A stretch of 63,938 nt of DNA, the filler included, from Lenisia limosa (Eukaryota > Protista > Breviatea), in assembly GCA_001655205.1 (NCBI GenBank). It is 13 parts of 13 records of this genome, joined end to end, with 100 filler letters (N's around TTAATTAATTAA, not from the genome) between each part and the next. Parts side by side here need not be neighbours in the genome. Positions count along the whole stretch, not along the records: positions 21,792 to 24,976 come from LPNZ01003076.1; positions 25,077 to 27,422 come from LPNZ01002168.1; positions 27,523 to 32,084 come from LPNZ01010626.1; positions 32,185 to 33,319 come from LPNZ01009859.1; positions 33,420 to 42,251 come from LPNZ01011236.1; 8 more parts are not named here. One strand, given 5' to 3'. Positions 21,835 to 34,217 of this stretch are shown in pieces; within the stretch, counting starts at the first letter, position 1; each line of letters starts with the position of its first letter. Below the pieces are notes generated by a model that made no database searches, was not told the origin of the DNA, and worked only from the letters and a program-made list of their open reading frames with translations. The translations under genes were made by a program, and so were the position numbers.

Positions 21835-24800
21835 GACTCGGACGGCACACCAGCCAAATCGGGTGCAACCGTTGTGCATAACCCGGGCCTGACTACCGGC
21901 AATGATGACGTGGCTACTTTTGCTGATATGAGGTCGGGAAGGATCATAATAATGAAGGGGGGTGGAGCTCCATTTATTATTTAAAATAAAACACACTCAA
22001 ATTGTCAAAATTTCACAGTTTCAGGTTCAGAGATGGTCAATCAGGAGACTACTGCCTGGTTTTTGAGGTGGGAGTTGTGTGTGTATATGTTCTCCCGTAT
22101 AAATTATCAATATTCACCGCCATAGGTTGCAGGAATTGCGAGTGTTTGCTCGGGTGTCCTCAGTGTCAGCAATCCCAACGTCCCTGATACAGCCAAGCTA
22201 GGTGAGGGGGGGGGGGTAAATTGGGTTAGTACAAGTATGCATGTTTCCTACAGATTCCTTTCTTCACATTCTTTTTATCAAATAGTGTAACATATTCCTT
22301 TTCACATTCTTTTTATCAAATAGAGTAACTATTTCAAACAGGCAATTGCCAATCAACTTGTTACACAGCCAGAAAAAATATGGTTTTCCATGTAAATATG
22401 CCTCAGTTTTTTCTATGTAGCTCTATCCATCTGGAAAACTGTAATAAGATTCCAGGATCAATGGAACAAATTCTCCTGGGTGTTGCCGTACTAATGTACC
22501 CTGTAATGGCTGCCAATATCAGAACAATTAACCTAGTCCCTGCGCTCGGATTTCTGTGGACTGTTGCAGTGGCTGTTATCTTACTCCCAGCGTTCCTTAG
22601 AAAGTTGGCTGGTCACAAACTCTGGCGGCTTTGTTGATTATATCCCAAATCAACTCAAATATCACACCAGCGTTTTCACATCGTATGGTGAAGTCTCGTA
22701 TTTTATTTCCATATACTATACTGCGTCATATGATATGATATAGCTATAACATAACACACGGTGACTTCGATTTTTCTGAGAAACCTGTAAGTGATCCCCG
22801 CAGTATCTCCAACGAAGACTTCTTCCTGAGGATTTTCTCCTATCTCTTCATTGTGACGTCCTTCCTAATTCTGAGTATAATGACCTATAACTTCTGGACC
22901 TGGCTGAAACGGCGCAAAGTGGGGGGGGGGGGGGCNNNNNNNNNNNNNNNNNNNNNNNNNNNNNNNNNNNNNNNNNNNNNNNNNNNNNNNNNNNNNNNNN
23001 NNNNNNNNNNNNNNNNNNNNNNNNNNNNNNNNNNNNNNNNNNNAGGGGTAATGCTCTCTTTACATGGACCTCAGCTTATGATACTCTATCTCAGGCAAAA
23101 TCCTTGATTTTTTGTGTCAGCATCCCTTGAAATCTTCAATCTTGAACGTTTGAGTCACATTTTAGACCCAGAAAGCCCTATTAGCAAGGTGCTACAGAGC
23201 AGAAGACTGTATAGACGTGGGGTGTTGTTGTTCTCATTTACGGTTTTATTTCTCATCTTGTTGTTATTTTTGTTGTTCTACAGCATCAAGCAAATACTCT
23301 ATCTTTTTTAAATTTTGTTTTATTACCACTGACTTGCCACTGACCAATGTCCCAAAACATGCCCCTCTCCCTCCCACAACATTTCACTACCTAGAACATG
23401 ACGCCAGCACAGATCATAGAAGTTTCCAACAACAAAAGGGTAGGCAGCTCACATATATTGGAATTCTTCAGCCTGATATATTGAACTATTTGTGAATACT
23501 TAACTGAACGGAGTTACTTTCCACAGCGCTGTTGATCCCTTTTGACTGTAACCCAATAATTGAAAAAAACAGATATACCTTTTTTTTATTTCCTGCTATC
23601 TCTCACCCAAAAGGAGCTATTTTGGCACACCGACGACCAAAGATGCCACCTGAGCTCGAGGATTATCAAATCAGCACGAATCCTGGTCTCCACTAACGCC
23701 TTCGAAAAACAGCCGGAAAGCATACCACTTAAAATGTTGGTCTTAGGAGTTGCTCAAAATGTTGGTCTGATGTAGTGTAAATAGGTGAACAAAATCTGGG
23801 ATTATTATAATACAACTTTAAAAAGAGAGTAGATAATTCTCCATTCTGATCGTCAACATCCCTTGAAACCCGCAGGAAAATAAAAAAAGCCTTCGGTCTT
23901 CATAGAACAACGGTGAAGGAGGATCGCCAGGTTGAGAAGAGACGGTGTAATGACCTTGAAGACCCCATGCACCGCTGGAACTTCTTTAAAAAGGTGGAGG
24001 GATATTGGTTGTCAAAGGTGGTGGTATATTTTCATATTTTGCGGTCCTGGGGGGTGACCTTGTCAACCTCTGAGCTACCACTCTCAATGTTCACAAGTAA
24101 ACGCGGTTAAATAGGACAGATACCCCAATGTTTCTTATGAGGCAGATTTGGCACACAATTGTTTTGAAGCTCAAGGCTTTTGTGAAGGGAAGGCTTGAAA
24201 CTGATGTCAATGAGCACAATGTAAGGGGGAGGAAGGCTTGGGTCAAAAGAATAGCTTACTCTTTCTAATATTCAAAATAAGCCATCAAATTTACCTTATC
24301 TTTTGACGATTCAGGTGTGTACAAAGGGCTTCAAGTACCCCCAGAGACTAGTTATGACTTTTGCCATTTCTCTCATTGTATGCCCGTTGAGCCTTCATTC
24401 TTTCATTCCTTCTTTTTGGCGGATAATATAAGAATAAAGCTTCAGTTATCATAGGAAAAGTCGGAATTCATCTTGATAACCAATTTCCTTTAAACCAGTA
24501 GAATGGCGTTTACCTCCCATCCCAGATCACTTTTGTCCTTGGTTTAGTGGTGCACTGCGGCGCGTTATGGGCTCAATTCATCCTGGATGAAGTCAGGTAC
24601 CCGGGAAAATTAGGGGTAATACTGAATTCAGATCCCCAGGGAAATTAGGGGAAGTTTTAAAAAAGATCCTCTAACACCCCAGGGTTGAGGTACTTGAAAC
24701 TCGAGCATCATCGTTCTTATTTGCATCCGAAAATGCCGATACAATTGGTGGGTGGCTTTGGGCTACCTTATTCTCCATACTCTTCTCATCATCTTCCCAC

Positions 24801-24900
24801 TCCAATCTTATTCCTCATGTCTCCTGCAGATTCGACTGTGGACGTCATGAGTACCGTTGCTGAAATTCCGAATGACTTATACCTGTCGTTTGTCGGCCAG
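21835..24900 (+). CDS. Multi-pass membrane protein with an N-terminal soluble region (partial)
   Basis: Spliced exons DSDGTPAKSG...FADMR / FRDGQSGDYCLVFE / VAGIASVCSG... / SMEQILLGVAVLMYPVM...FLWTVAVAVILLPAFL / FLRIFSYLFIVTSFLILSIMTYNFWTW / VCTKGFKYPQRLVMTFAISLI / ITFVLGLVVHCGALWAQF; several hydrophobic helices. The middle exons are unresolved. Confidence 0.5.
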
Positions 24901-25629
24901 GTGGGCTGAGTGAGAGAGAAGATAGGATTTTTGTTTTGTTTTATTGTTTTTCTTCAATTTTCCAGTTTTACTCCCCNNNNNNNNNNNNNNNNNNNNNNNN
25001 NNNNNNNNNNNNNNNNNNNNTTAATTAATTAANNNNNNNNNNNNNNNNNNNNNNNNNNNNNNNNNNNNNNNNNNNNACGCCAAGGGGGACCTCGGCATGG
25101 CCAGCGTGTTTTGCAGAATCGTCCCGGACCAGGAGGTGTGTCGGGTTGAGATGGTATTGCAGCTAAGTCGGTCAGTGCATCTCGAATGTCCATTGTTTTC
25201 TTTAATTCTCCAAAATATGATGCTCTTTGTGCTCTGAAAAGAAAAAGAGACCCCTCTGAACCGCTAGGCTCAAAGTTGAATAGTACCGCCTGTGCAATAT
25301 AAAAACGAGGAAAACATCACTTCAGTCAACCCATAACCTCATCATGTGTTGTTGCATCAAAATATGGTTGAAACTCTGATAAGTTTTGAAATAATGAAAG
25401 AATGTCTCTGACTGAAGCCGTCGGAAAGAAAGGAGATTGACAACAGAAATGAAACAAGAGATTGATAAAATACTATGGATAAACATTAATTGTGATACTA
25501 TTAGCATACATAGCTGGTTCATCAAATGAATTAGAATTATTAAAACAAGATAAACTAGCTACCAAAGAGAGTTTCAATGAAAAGTGCGACAGATATGACG
25601 AATCACACGCAAACCTTTTCAGTGATCGC

Positions 25630-27243
25630 CATTGCAACAGGGGCACTGGAGTAAGACATTCTGGATAACCCCGTCGACAGCAACTTTAAAACAGAGGAAG
25701 AAGCCGCTGGAAGAGCCATGCACTTGGTGTAGGACGAAAATAACTTCTGGTCTATATTCTGGTGCAGTGATAGTGTTAATGTCAAATAATACAAATAATC
25801 AAATAATAACAAGCTAAACAGATCTGAACTCACTGCTGGCGCTGCTGGAAATAGGGATTGCTATTTCCCGAGCCGGGCCCTCATGAAGTTCAAAAAGACC
25901 AGGGAAAATTGGACTGGAATTGGAGGAAGCACATTTATTGTAATATCTAGTGGGGGTTCGGATATCCATTTTCATTCAATAAGTTTGAGATTTTTGCCGT
26001 TTTTTATTCTTTTTCCAAGGAGTTCCACATATTACGGTTTGTATTTATCCGCTATATAAAAGAAAGCATCTTTAAATATTTTGATAAAAATTCAGCATTC
26101 TCTTTTCTCTTCCCTTGACGTTTTCAGGACATAATGTGTGCAAATTGGGTACCTAACAATGCCACCACGGAGGAAATCCACCAAATCCTTTCCATTTCGT
26201 CGTCAGGCACTGCCACTAATGAAGAATACGCCACAGTCCAGAACGTAGGCCTTCTTGCCCTTCTTTTCCCTTCTTTTTGAACAGCTGTTCATATATTAGA
26301 ACCTCACTCGTTTGTCTACTTCCCTGCCCGACTTTGTGAACTACCTTGCTCTGATCCTCGCCACTCCCACAGTAGACTCTATGGTAAGTGGGTGCTGTTT
26401 TGGGAAGATTGTGGAATATTCATGATGGGTGAATATTGTTGTTATAGATTGATGGGGGGATTTTAATTTTAGAGAGTGATTGTGATAATGAAACACTGAA
26501 GACGAGTTCCGATGTCGGCATGTTATTTGTATGGTGGAGACACATGCATGCATCCATATTTTATGAAGAGACAGGAAATGCCGAGCTGAATTAGTCCAGA
26601 CGGGAGATTTATCCAAAATGTAGAGGAAGCGACCGTCTGAACCCCTCCACATCATAGCGATAAGGATGTAATACAAATACTTATTCACCGAATTTTTAAT
26701 GACAATATACCGTTTTTTATTGATCCGACCGAAGTCTGGTACTTACACCGTTATTTCTTAGCGAGTTACAAAGCATATGATTCGGTGAATAAGTATTTTG
26801 TATTAACTTCTAATCGCTATATGGTGTGGAAGGGTTCAGACGGTCGCTTCCTTTTTATTTCTATTCTACATTTTGGATATTATTGTATTAATGATTAAAA
26901 GGGGAAGGAAGGTAGGATATTTGGGCTTTTCTACCGTCCGAAAACGAACATATAGTATTGATATTTATAAGAGGATATTGGATTATATATTTACATATCG
27001 ATGTATTATATATAATATATATGCATTTCGAGAAATTTATCCTGGAGACTGTAGGGGAAGCAAAGATAGCTTAAAGCCCCGAGGGACCTTTTCTGACGGC
27101 ACAGGTCCGATTCACAGCCGGGGTTGGAGTCAAGAACAACATTATCAACAAAACCGAGTTTTACTTCACACGTCCCAACGATTTGGACGTTGTCAAGGCC
27201 GCCGTCCTCCCCCTTCTGACTGATAATGACCCCATCGTCTCGG
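25630..27243 (+). CDS. Putative multi-exon gene, unknown product
   Basis: Exon-like blocks with GT-AG borders, e.g. DIMCANWVPNNATTEEIHQ... (about 26128-26243) and VRFTAGVGVKNNIINKTEFYFTRPNDLDVVKAAVLP (about 27105-27243). Confidence 0.35.
26610..26879. repeat. Long inverted repeat (foldback element), ~85-bp arms, ~86-bp spacer
   Basis: 26610-26693 is the reverse complement of 26780-26879 (e.g. AGGAAGCGACCGTCTGAACCC / GGGTTCAGACGGTCGCTTCCT), with a short insertion in the right arm. Confidence 0.85.
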
Positions 27244-27835
27244 TCGGTTGGGCTGAGGAATATGTCATTTCATTCGTGTAGCTAATATGAGATTGCTTGG
27301 TATTTCAAGATGGCGAGGAAATTGTTGGAGTTGTATTTTGTGTTAACACATTCCAATCATGTTTTCGTTTGGTTTTATCGTCCCCCCCCCCCCTCTGACC
27401 TGGGCTTTTTTTTTTTTTTTTTNNNNNNNNNNNNNNNNNNNNNNNNNNNNNNNNNNNNNNNNNNNNTTAATTAATTAANNNNNNNNNNNNNNNNNNNNNN
27501 NNNNNNNNNNNNNNNNNNNNNNAAAATGAAAAAGTGCCCACACTCATGTGGGTGCCCACACTCATGTGCCTCCACCTATATGGTTTATATGACTTCAGTA
27601 TGTGTAGGAATTCCTTTATAATATGGTGTATAAAGCTTGTCAATATGTAATTTGTTGATATGGTTAATCCGACTTCAGTATGTGAAGGAATTTTTTTTTT
27701 TATATGGCTTCAGTATATGATATGGGAAATTTGTTTCTATGACTTCAATGTGGGAAATTCAGTTATATGGGAGAAGCTTCTTTATATTGGAAACGGGGGT
27801 TGAGTCATCTGTCACCTTCACATGGGGTTTCTTTA

Positions 27836-27915
27836 TACAGTGAACGTGATAAGTCCTGATACGGATATTGAGCTATATCTAGTCAATCGTGTCATGATTT
27901 CTCGCGGTCACTGTA
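27836..27915. mobile_element. Tc1/mariner-like MITE (76 bp between TA duplications)
   Basis: TA-CAGTGAACGTGATAAG...TTCTCGCGGTCACTG-TA; partial copies at 4203-4260, 8553-8590 and 44616-44650. Confidence 0.75.
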
Positions 27916-28074
27916 TAATATTGATCATTAGTTTGTATCAATTTCACCCGTTTGAATATCCCCCCATCTCCCAACACACTTCGTTTGATGCTTGTTTTGG
28001 AGATACCTTCTCTATTTTTGTATTGGTACTTTCCACCACCCTTTTTTTTATTTTTCTCTCTTCTTTCCCCATAC

Positions 28075-29650
28075 CTGCTGTATCTGCGGTCGTCGCGACG
28101 TCTTCCGCCGCCACGGCTGCCGCGGAGTCTGCGGGGTAAAATGAAGGAAATTTCGATGGAGAATATTGGCGTGGAAAATGTAGAAACAAAAAAAAACCCA
28201 AATTAGGACCCCAGTCGCTNNNNNNNNNNNNNNNNNNNNNNNNNNNNNNNNNNNNNNNNNNNNNNNNNNNNNNNNNNNNNNNNNNNNNNNNNNNNNNNNN
28301 NNNNNNNNNNNNNNNNNNNNNNNNNNNNNNNNNNNNNNNNNNNNNNNNNNNNNNNNNNNNNNNNNNNNNNNNNNNNNNNNNNNNNNNNNNNNNNNNNNNN
28401 NNNGGCCATACTCGTTGCACTCGAAGCACTTGACGTTGTCGAGGCGAGGGATGGAGCGACCACTGCTCTTGGTCCATTCAACTCCGATGCTAGAGTGTTG
28501 TTAGATTGGGCGATGCTGGAATGTTGTGAGATTGGGGGGGGGGGGGGGNNNNNNNNNNNNNNNNNNNNNNNNNNNNNNNNNNNNNNNNNNNNNNNNNNNN
28601 NNNNNNNNNNNNNNNNNNNNNNNNNNNNNNNNNNNNNNNNNNNNNNNNNNNNNNNNNNNNNNNNNNNNNNNNNNNNNNNNNNNNNNNNNNNNNNNNNNNN
28701 NNNNNNNNNNNNNNNNNNNNNNNNNATCTGTAAAATATCGAATTTTATCGAGGATTTATCGAGAAACCAGGCTTTTTCGAACCGAAACTGAAGTTCTACT
28801 GAAAACACCAAGATAAATTAACCGTTGTTAGATTGGGATGTTAGACTGGAGTGGGCGGTACATGATGTCTAGGGGAGAGACTCCAATGCCGAAAGATATC
28901 GAGGATTAATCGAGAATTAGCATGTGGACAGAGTTATAAGGCAAACGATTGTATTCTTTAGAAGTGTGATAATGTGGACGGCTTCGGCCAAATACTACCT
29001 TGAATATTTCTCATTTCTCTATTGGTACAGAGATAAGAAAAAAAATAATAATAAAAAAAAAAAAAATAGGAGATATTGGACTATAGTATCATAACTAATT
29101 CACCCAATCATTTCGCTTGTTTCTGAAAACCGATTGAATACAGGTCCACTGTTGGATTCATATTGCAACATCAGAAGCGCTTTCATAAAATCCCAAAATA
29201 ACAGATCAATTCTTGAGGTTATACAGATGAACCCCAGAACCCCGCAATCCCCACCGAGAGCCACGGAGGGAAGAGTCGTCAAGGTTGCGGATGGCCTCCT
29301 CAGCGTCGCGTTCTAGGCACGTGAAAGCTAGCTATGATAGAAAGGAGATCAACGAATATGGCGGAAAGAAGGGGAGGAGAACACTGATATCACATAAAAC
29401 CTCAATGGATCATCCCATTCCTACCGTCTTCGTACGTAATGAAGGCGAAAGATCCCTAGATACGAGTTAGAATAAAGAGGTAAAACACAAAGACACTGAA
29501 AGTTGTCAAACCTTGTGCTCCAGACGTTGGATACGACCATAACGTTCAAAGGCGTCCTATACGGGTTAATGTCGCAACAATAATGCATTCGCAAACCTCG
29601 AGGTCAGCAACGTTTGTATCTCTGTTAATTCTACCAATGAAAAGGGACAT
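28075..29650 (-). CDS. SRSF7: SR splicing factor, RRM + CCHC zinc knuckle + RS/RD tail (SRSF7/9G8/RSZ type), 3' end unresolved
   Basis: Exons 29650-29597, 29556-29512, 29455-29425, 29312-29255, 28489-(gap 28404), 28128-28075 give MSLFIGRINRDTNVADLEDAFERYGRIQRLEHKGSFAFITYEDERDAEEAIRNLDDSSLRGSRIGVEWTKSSGRSIPRLDNVKCFECNEYGH...RGGGRRRDDRRYS. The symbol indicates family, not tested orthology. Confidence 0.88.
28726..28798. mobile_element. hAT-like MITE fragment (right part, after a gap)
   Basis: TAAAATATCG...ATCGAGGATTTATCGAGAAA...TTTTCGAACCGAAACTGAAG. Confidence 0.6.
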
Positions 29651-29861
29651 GTTTACCTATAACCCAGTGCAAAAGAGGAATTCTTCAAAAAAAAAATTCG
29701 GCAAAAAGGACTTTTTTCCGGTATCCGTAACAAACACAAATGTAAAATTTCTAAGGAGAATTTTCGTAGTAAATTGATACTATATGTTATGAATATATGA
29801 TTCTAATAGCATAAATGTAATTATTTAGTCGTAAGTGCTGCTCATTTAGTATTTGCTCACT

Positions 29862-32038
29862 ATGGGAGCCTGTAAAATGAACTATAACCCTAACGAGGGC
29901 CTCAAAGCTAGTGAATTGGTGAGTTTAGGGAGGCGATTTTGTCTTACTAACCGTTCCCCCCAGGGTCCTCTTCAAAAGATATCGAGCAATGCCTATGCAA
30001 ACCTTCTTGATCATGAAATCAAGCGACGTGAGAAGATAAACGAACAAGCAAAGGTAAGAACCCTGATTGTTCTTCCCAATATGCCCTCTTATGGTCCATA
30101 CATCTATGCTTCTTCACCTTCCTTTGTAGATTTAGATTAAATCATGTATTTTTGTTAGCGTAATGCGGGATTTATTAACGTATCAGCCTCCCGCACCGGT
30201 AACACTACCAAAAGTTGGCGAGTGGATCGTTGATGTTAAGAAGTCAGCAAAGAAGAAGAAGGACAGCCCTCGTGTTGAAAACGAAAGCTTTGATGATAGA
30301 AGGTCTGTTGTGGACACTTAAGTAGACAATTTCCTTTTCCTTAATTAAAGGTAATTATGGACAGTATGTAGATACTTAATTACCCTTAGTTATAGTTGAT
30401 ACTTAATAACGGTCTATTGTGGATGCTCTATAGCTTTTCCTGTCTTTTTCTTACCTTCATTATGCTAGTATGTTTTGTGGGTTTTTAGAACTTCACTTAG
30501 GTATGAAAATGATCCAAAAAGTGATGATGCAATCGAAACTATCGATATTTATTTCTCGATTAATTATCGATAGTTTACCAATGTTTTCGCAGCTGAATAA
30601 AGTGTTATCTCTAACCCCTCTCGCCACTCGCTTCTGCAACAGCAATTCTCCAACTATAAGAGTTATCCCGGTCACGGTATACCTAGAATTTTAGCCTCAA
30701 ATCTATCTTCAGTTTATGAGAATTAAGCTGTTTTGTTTGGGGGTGGCGGGGCGGGTAGCGGCTTGTTCTGAAGCAGTAAGTAATGAAAGGGTTTTATTCC
30801 AGTTCTGCACGGTGATCCAAAATTCTCATAATAATTCATTGTATATATTCATCGAATGCTATGCAGGGTGTGTGATATAACTAGACAAAAACCAGATTAT
30901 ATAACTAGACAAAACCAGATTATATAACTAGACAAAACCAGACTATAAAACCAGACAAAAACCAGATTACCAAAACGTGGGGGGAGGGGGGTATATTCAT
31001 ATTTATTGATGGGGCAATGGGTGAGGAATATGCTACGGAGTTTATTGCATATAGACATTCAAAGGGGTACACAGCTTCCTTTTATAAGTGTGGGCTTCCT
31101 TGCAGTCCAAAAAAGACCAGTAAAGTATCGATATTTATCGAGGATTTACAGGGAAATTCGGGACATAGGGAAGCCCTAAATAGAGTGGTAAGGATATTCT
31201 TTAAGCTTCTCTCTTGAAAGTAGAGATCTTTGAGCTTGCCTCTTGCTATTGGGATGAAGAGTGTCTCTCTCCTGAAATTGGGAAAGTGCAGATAGCTCCC
31301 ATTAAAATTAATGAACTTTCCATTTCTGTGGAACCAATAACCTTCCTTCAATACCAAAAAACACACTCACAATGTCAGTAATGTTATTCTGATCACTTAG
31401 ATCGTCACTTTTGGCGTCGGTTCTTGCCCCAGCCGCCTCCACCACGCCCCTTCCTCAACCGTTTAGGTTGGATGGTAGATTTTTTTTAAGTTTCTATTCT
31501 TTAAGAAAGCTTAAATTTAAAATGGGGATAAAGAATAGTTATATCATATGCATATACTATAATAGGTTTACCGTTTCTCCATCCCAACATCACTTTCCTC
31601 TCCAGTCGGAGAACACTGAGCCCTCTCAAATCAAAAACAGCCCTTGCTCTGTCATCTACTGCGGTTCAAGGTGGGGGGACGTCTAATCATACATATTGTG
31701 ATTGTGGGTGGTAAATTCATTTCCCTGACCCTGTCCAGATCTCTCCCACCCACGCCGCCACAATGCTCCCCAAAACGATATGCATTTTGAGGGCCTGGAC
31801 GCCCCCATCACGGCCGCGGATTTAGTGTCGGGAGCCCGGCCTGCACCGAAGGTACCCGGGGGTTTAAGTTGCAATTGGGCCTACTGCAAATTAGCTCACC
31901 TAAACAACAGTATAGTATAATAACAGAGTCTTCTTTCAGGATTACTTTTGATTACTCAGACGATTGGAGGACAGCCTCGTTCCAAATCCGCGGCCGTAAT
32001 ACGAATCACACCGAAACACCTGAGAACCAAGGGCCAGG
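29862..32038 (+). CDS. Putative multi-exon gene divergent from the SR gene, unknown product
   Basis: Exons MNYNPNEGLKASEL|gtgagt, GPLQKISSNAYANLLDHEIKRREKINEQAK|gtaaga, PPAPVTLPKVGEWIV..., and further blocks at 31600-32038; assigning them all to one gene is uncertain. Confidence 0.4.
30876..30969. repeat. 23-bp minisatellite, about 4 copies
   Basis: TATAACTAGACAAAACCAGATTA units. Confidence 0.85.
31091..31178. mobile_element. hAT-like MITE, subfamily 2, degenerate
   Basis: TGGGCTTCCTTGCAGTCC...ATCGATATTTATCGAGGATTT...TAGGGAAGCCCTA. Confidence 0.7.
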
Positions 32039-33440
32039 TTGCGGGGGATTATTTAATATTGATCAAGGGGGTATGGGCAGGGAGNNNNNNNNNNNNNNNN
32101 NNNNNNNNNNNNNNNNNNNNNNNNNNNNTTAATTAATTAANNNNNNNNNNNNNNNNNNNNNNNNNNNNNNNNNNNNNNNNNNNNCCCCCCCCCCCCCTGT
32201 CGAGGTTTTCCACCCCAGTCGGGGTCCCCACCTAGGTATGAGTACTACGACCTCGCTTATTAAGTAATAAGAATAGATGCGAAATAAAATGGAGACACTT
32301 GTCCAAAGGAATATGATATCCAAAAATTTGAACATTTAGAGAGTATCAAATTTATCAGAGTACCCATTCTAAACACCTGAGATTGTGTATTTGTTTTCCT
32401 GCCTTACAATTTACACCTATGATACGAAATATCCCATTGATAAACCCGTCCTACCGGATATCAAGTTTAATAGGAATAGCAGAGTCCTCATCGTCAACAG
32501 CTATGGGCAAGAATGCGAACTGCAGGGGTAAAAAAACTGAAAATGAAAAAATACGACTAATATAAAAATTATATCATTTAAAATGTAATAATTTAATTGG
32601 GTACTACAGTGTCATTTAAGTGACACAAGGTCTAACTGTGAATCTGGCTTTTCAGAACATTCAAGAAAAACACAAAGAGGACCATAAAACAAGAGAGAAT
32701 AAAACTCCAATTTAAGTAGATGGTGACAAAGAATATACCATCCCTCTTTTTAGATCATGATATGTTGAGAATTTAATCACAAACGCACCACGGATAAACA
32801 ATATAATACGGGTTTAACGCCCCTACAGTTACTATAGCGCTTTGCACAGGACTTGCATCCGAGGTTCTTGTCACAGTGATATTTGGGGACCATGGGTACC
32901 TCTAGAAGCGTTATTGATAAACAAGAGGGTTAGCGTCATTTTCTGGGTTAATTCGAAGGAATAACTTCGGACTGGGTGTGGGGGGAGGGTGAATCAATAA
33001 AATGATTTTTTTTATTTGTATAAACATGTTCATACGCAATAACCTGCAAAACCATCCAAACTCAACNNNNNNNNNNNNNNNNNNNNNNNNNNNNNNNNNN
33101 NNNNNNNNNNNNNNNNNNNNNNNNNNNNNNNNNNNNNNNNNNNNNNNNNNNNNNNNTGAACATCTGATAACACATAACCACAAACCTGTCCCAACGCAGC
33201 AGTGTTGGAAGTAGGTGGCTGTGTGAGGGCGTCCACAGTGAGTGTCACTTCGACCGGATTCACTCGCAGGAAAATCTGAGGACTGGGGGGGGGGGGTTAA
33301 TCGAAGGAATAATTATGAGNNNNNNNNNNNNNNNNNNNNNNNNNNNNNNNNNNNNNNNNNNNNTTAATTAATTAANNNNNNNNNNNNNNNNNNNNNNNNN
33401 NNNNNNNNNNNNNNNNNNNCCCCCCCCCCCTCCTTCCTAC

Positions 33441-34031
33441 ATGCAAAGACCGGTTGCGTAGAGCATGACAACAGCCTCGACAAGTTTTCCGGCCTTGGGG
33501 CCAATAGCCTTGACGGCAATCTCCTTGTAGGAGAAGATGCAGAATCGGTCACTACAAGATCAACAATGGCCCTCTGAAGGTCCTGGCCTACCTGCACTTC
33601 GTCAACAGCCTGACTGCAATAATGGACAGCATGCAGACAAAAACAATGGCTACACCGCCAGCAACAATTCCAGTACATCTCAGAGCAAATGGGAGCGAGA
33701 GAACACCAGCCCCTTTGGGGAATAAAACCAAAATCCTTTCAGTTCATTCCGTGAAATACAAATATCTCCTATATTTTAGAGAGGAAGGCCGCAGAGCCCA
33801 CGAAAAAAGATAACCCCCTTACCAACGACAATGTTAATCATGTTGAAAAGCCTAAATATAGTTAATAAAAACTCTATTATAAAAATGTTACACCAACGCA
33901 GAGAAGAAGTGCGACTTAGGTCCTTCATATTCTCTGTATGGGGCAACTTCATCGTCAGAGTTGATGTTCCCCTCCGCTGGGGTTTGATATGGGACAGTAT
34001 CACTATTTAGAATGGGAGTAGTCTCAGACAT
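33441..34031 (-). CDS. Amino acid/auxin permease (AAAP, Aa_trans; SLC36/38-like), 5' part
   Basis: Exons 34031-33898, 33851-33823, 33712-33592, 33551-33441 give ...SALFNMINIVVGAGVLSLPFALRCTGIVAGG...LLTKCSDRFCIFSYKEIAVKAIGPKAGKLVEAVVMLYATGLC, the AAAP TM1-TM3 signature; cut by the scaffold end. Confidence 0.88.
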
Positions 34032-34217
34032 CTTGATACACCAAAAAAGACCATCCGCAAACCCAAAATTCCAATAAAACCAAATATAATATCGTAAATA
34101 CCTGGGTGTCTTCGGGGTTTCTATCACTTGATAGAAATGAACTGAACTGGTCATCCAGTTATATTTAAGCATTTTTTTGGTGAAAAAAATTCCTCCACTT
34201 TTTCAGAACAGAAGAAG
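34032..34217. promoter_or_regulatory. Probable bidirectional promoter
   Basis: 186 bp between the divergent ATGs of the AAAP gene (34031, -) and PDI (34218, +); inferred from geometry only. Confidence 0.55.

Noticed and set aside
29100-29470. Plus-strand ORFs 29134-29316 and 29285-29470
   Set aside because: The minus strand encodes the RRM exons of the SR protein here.
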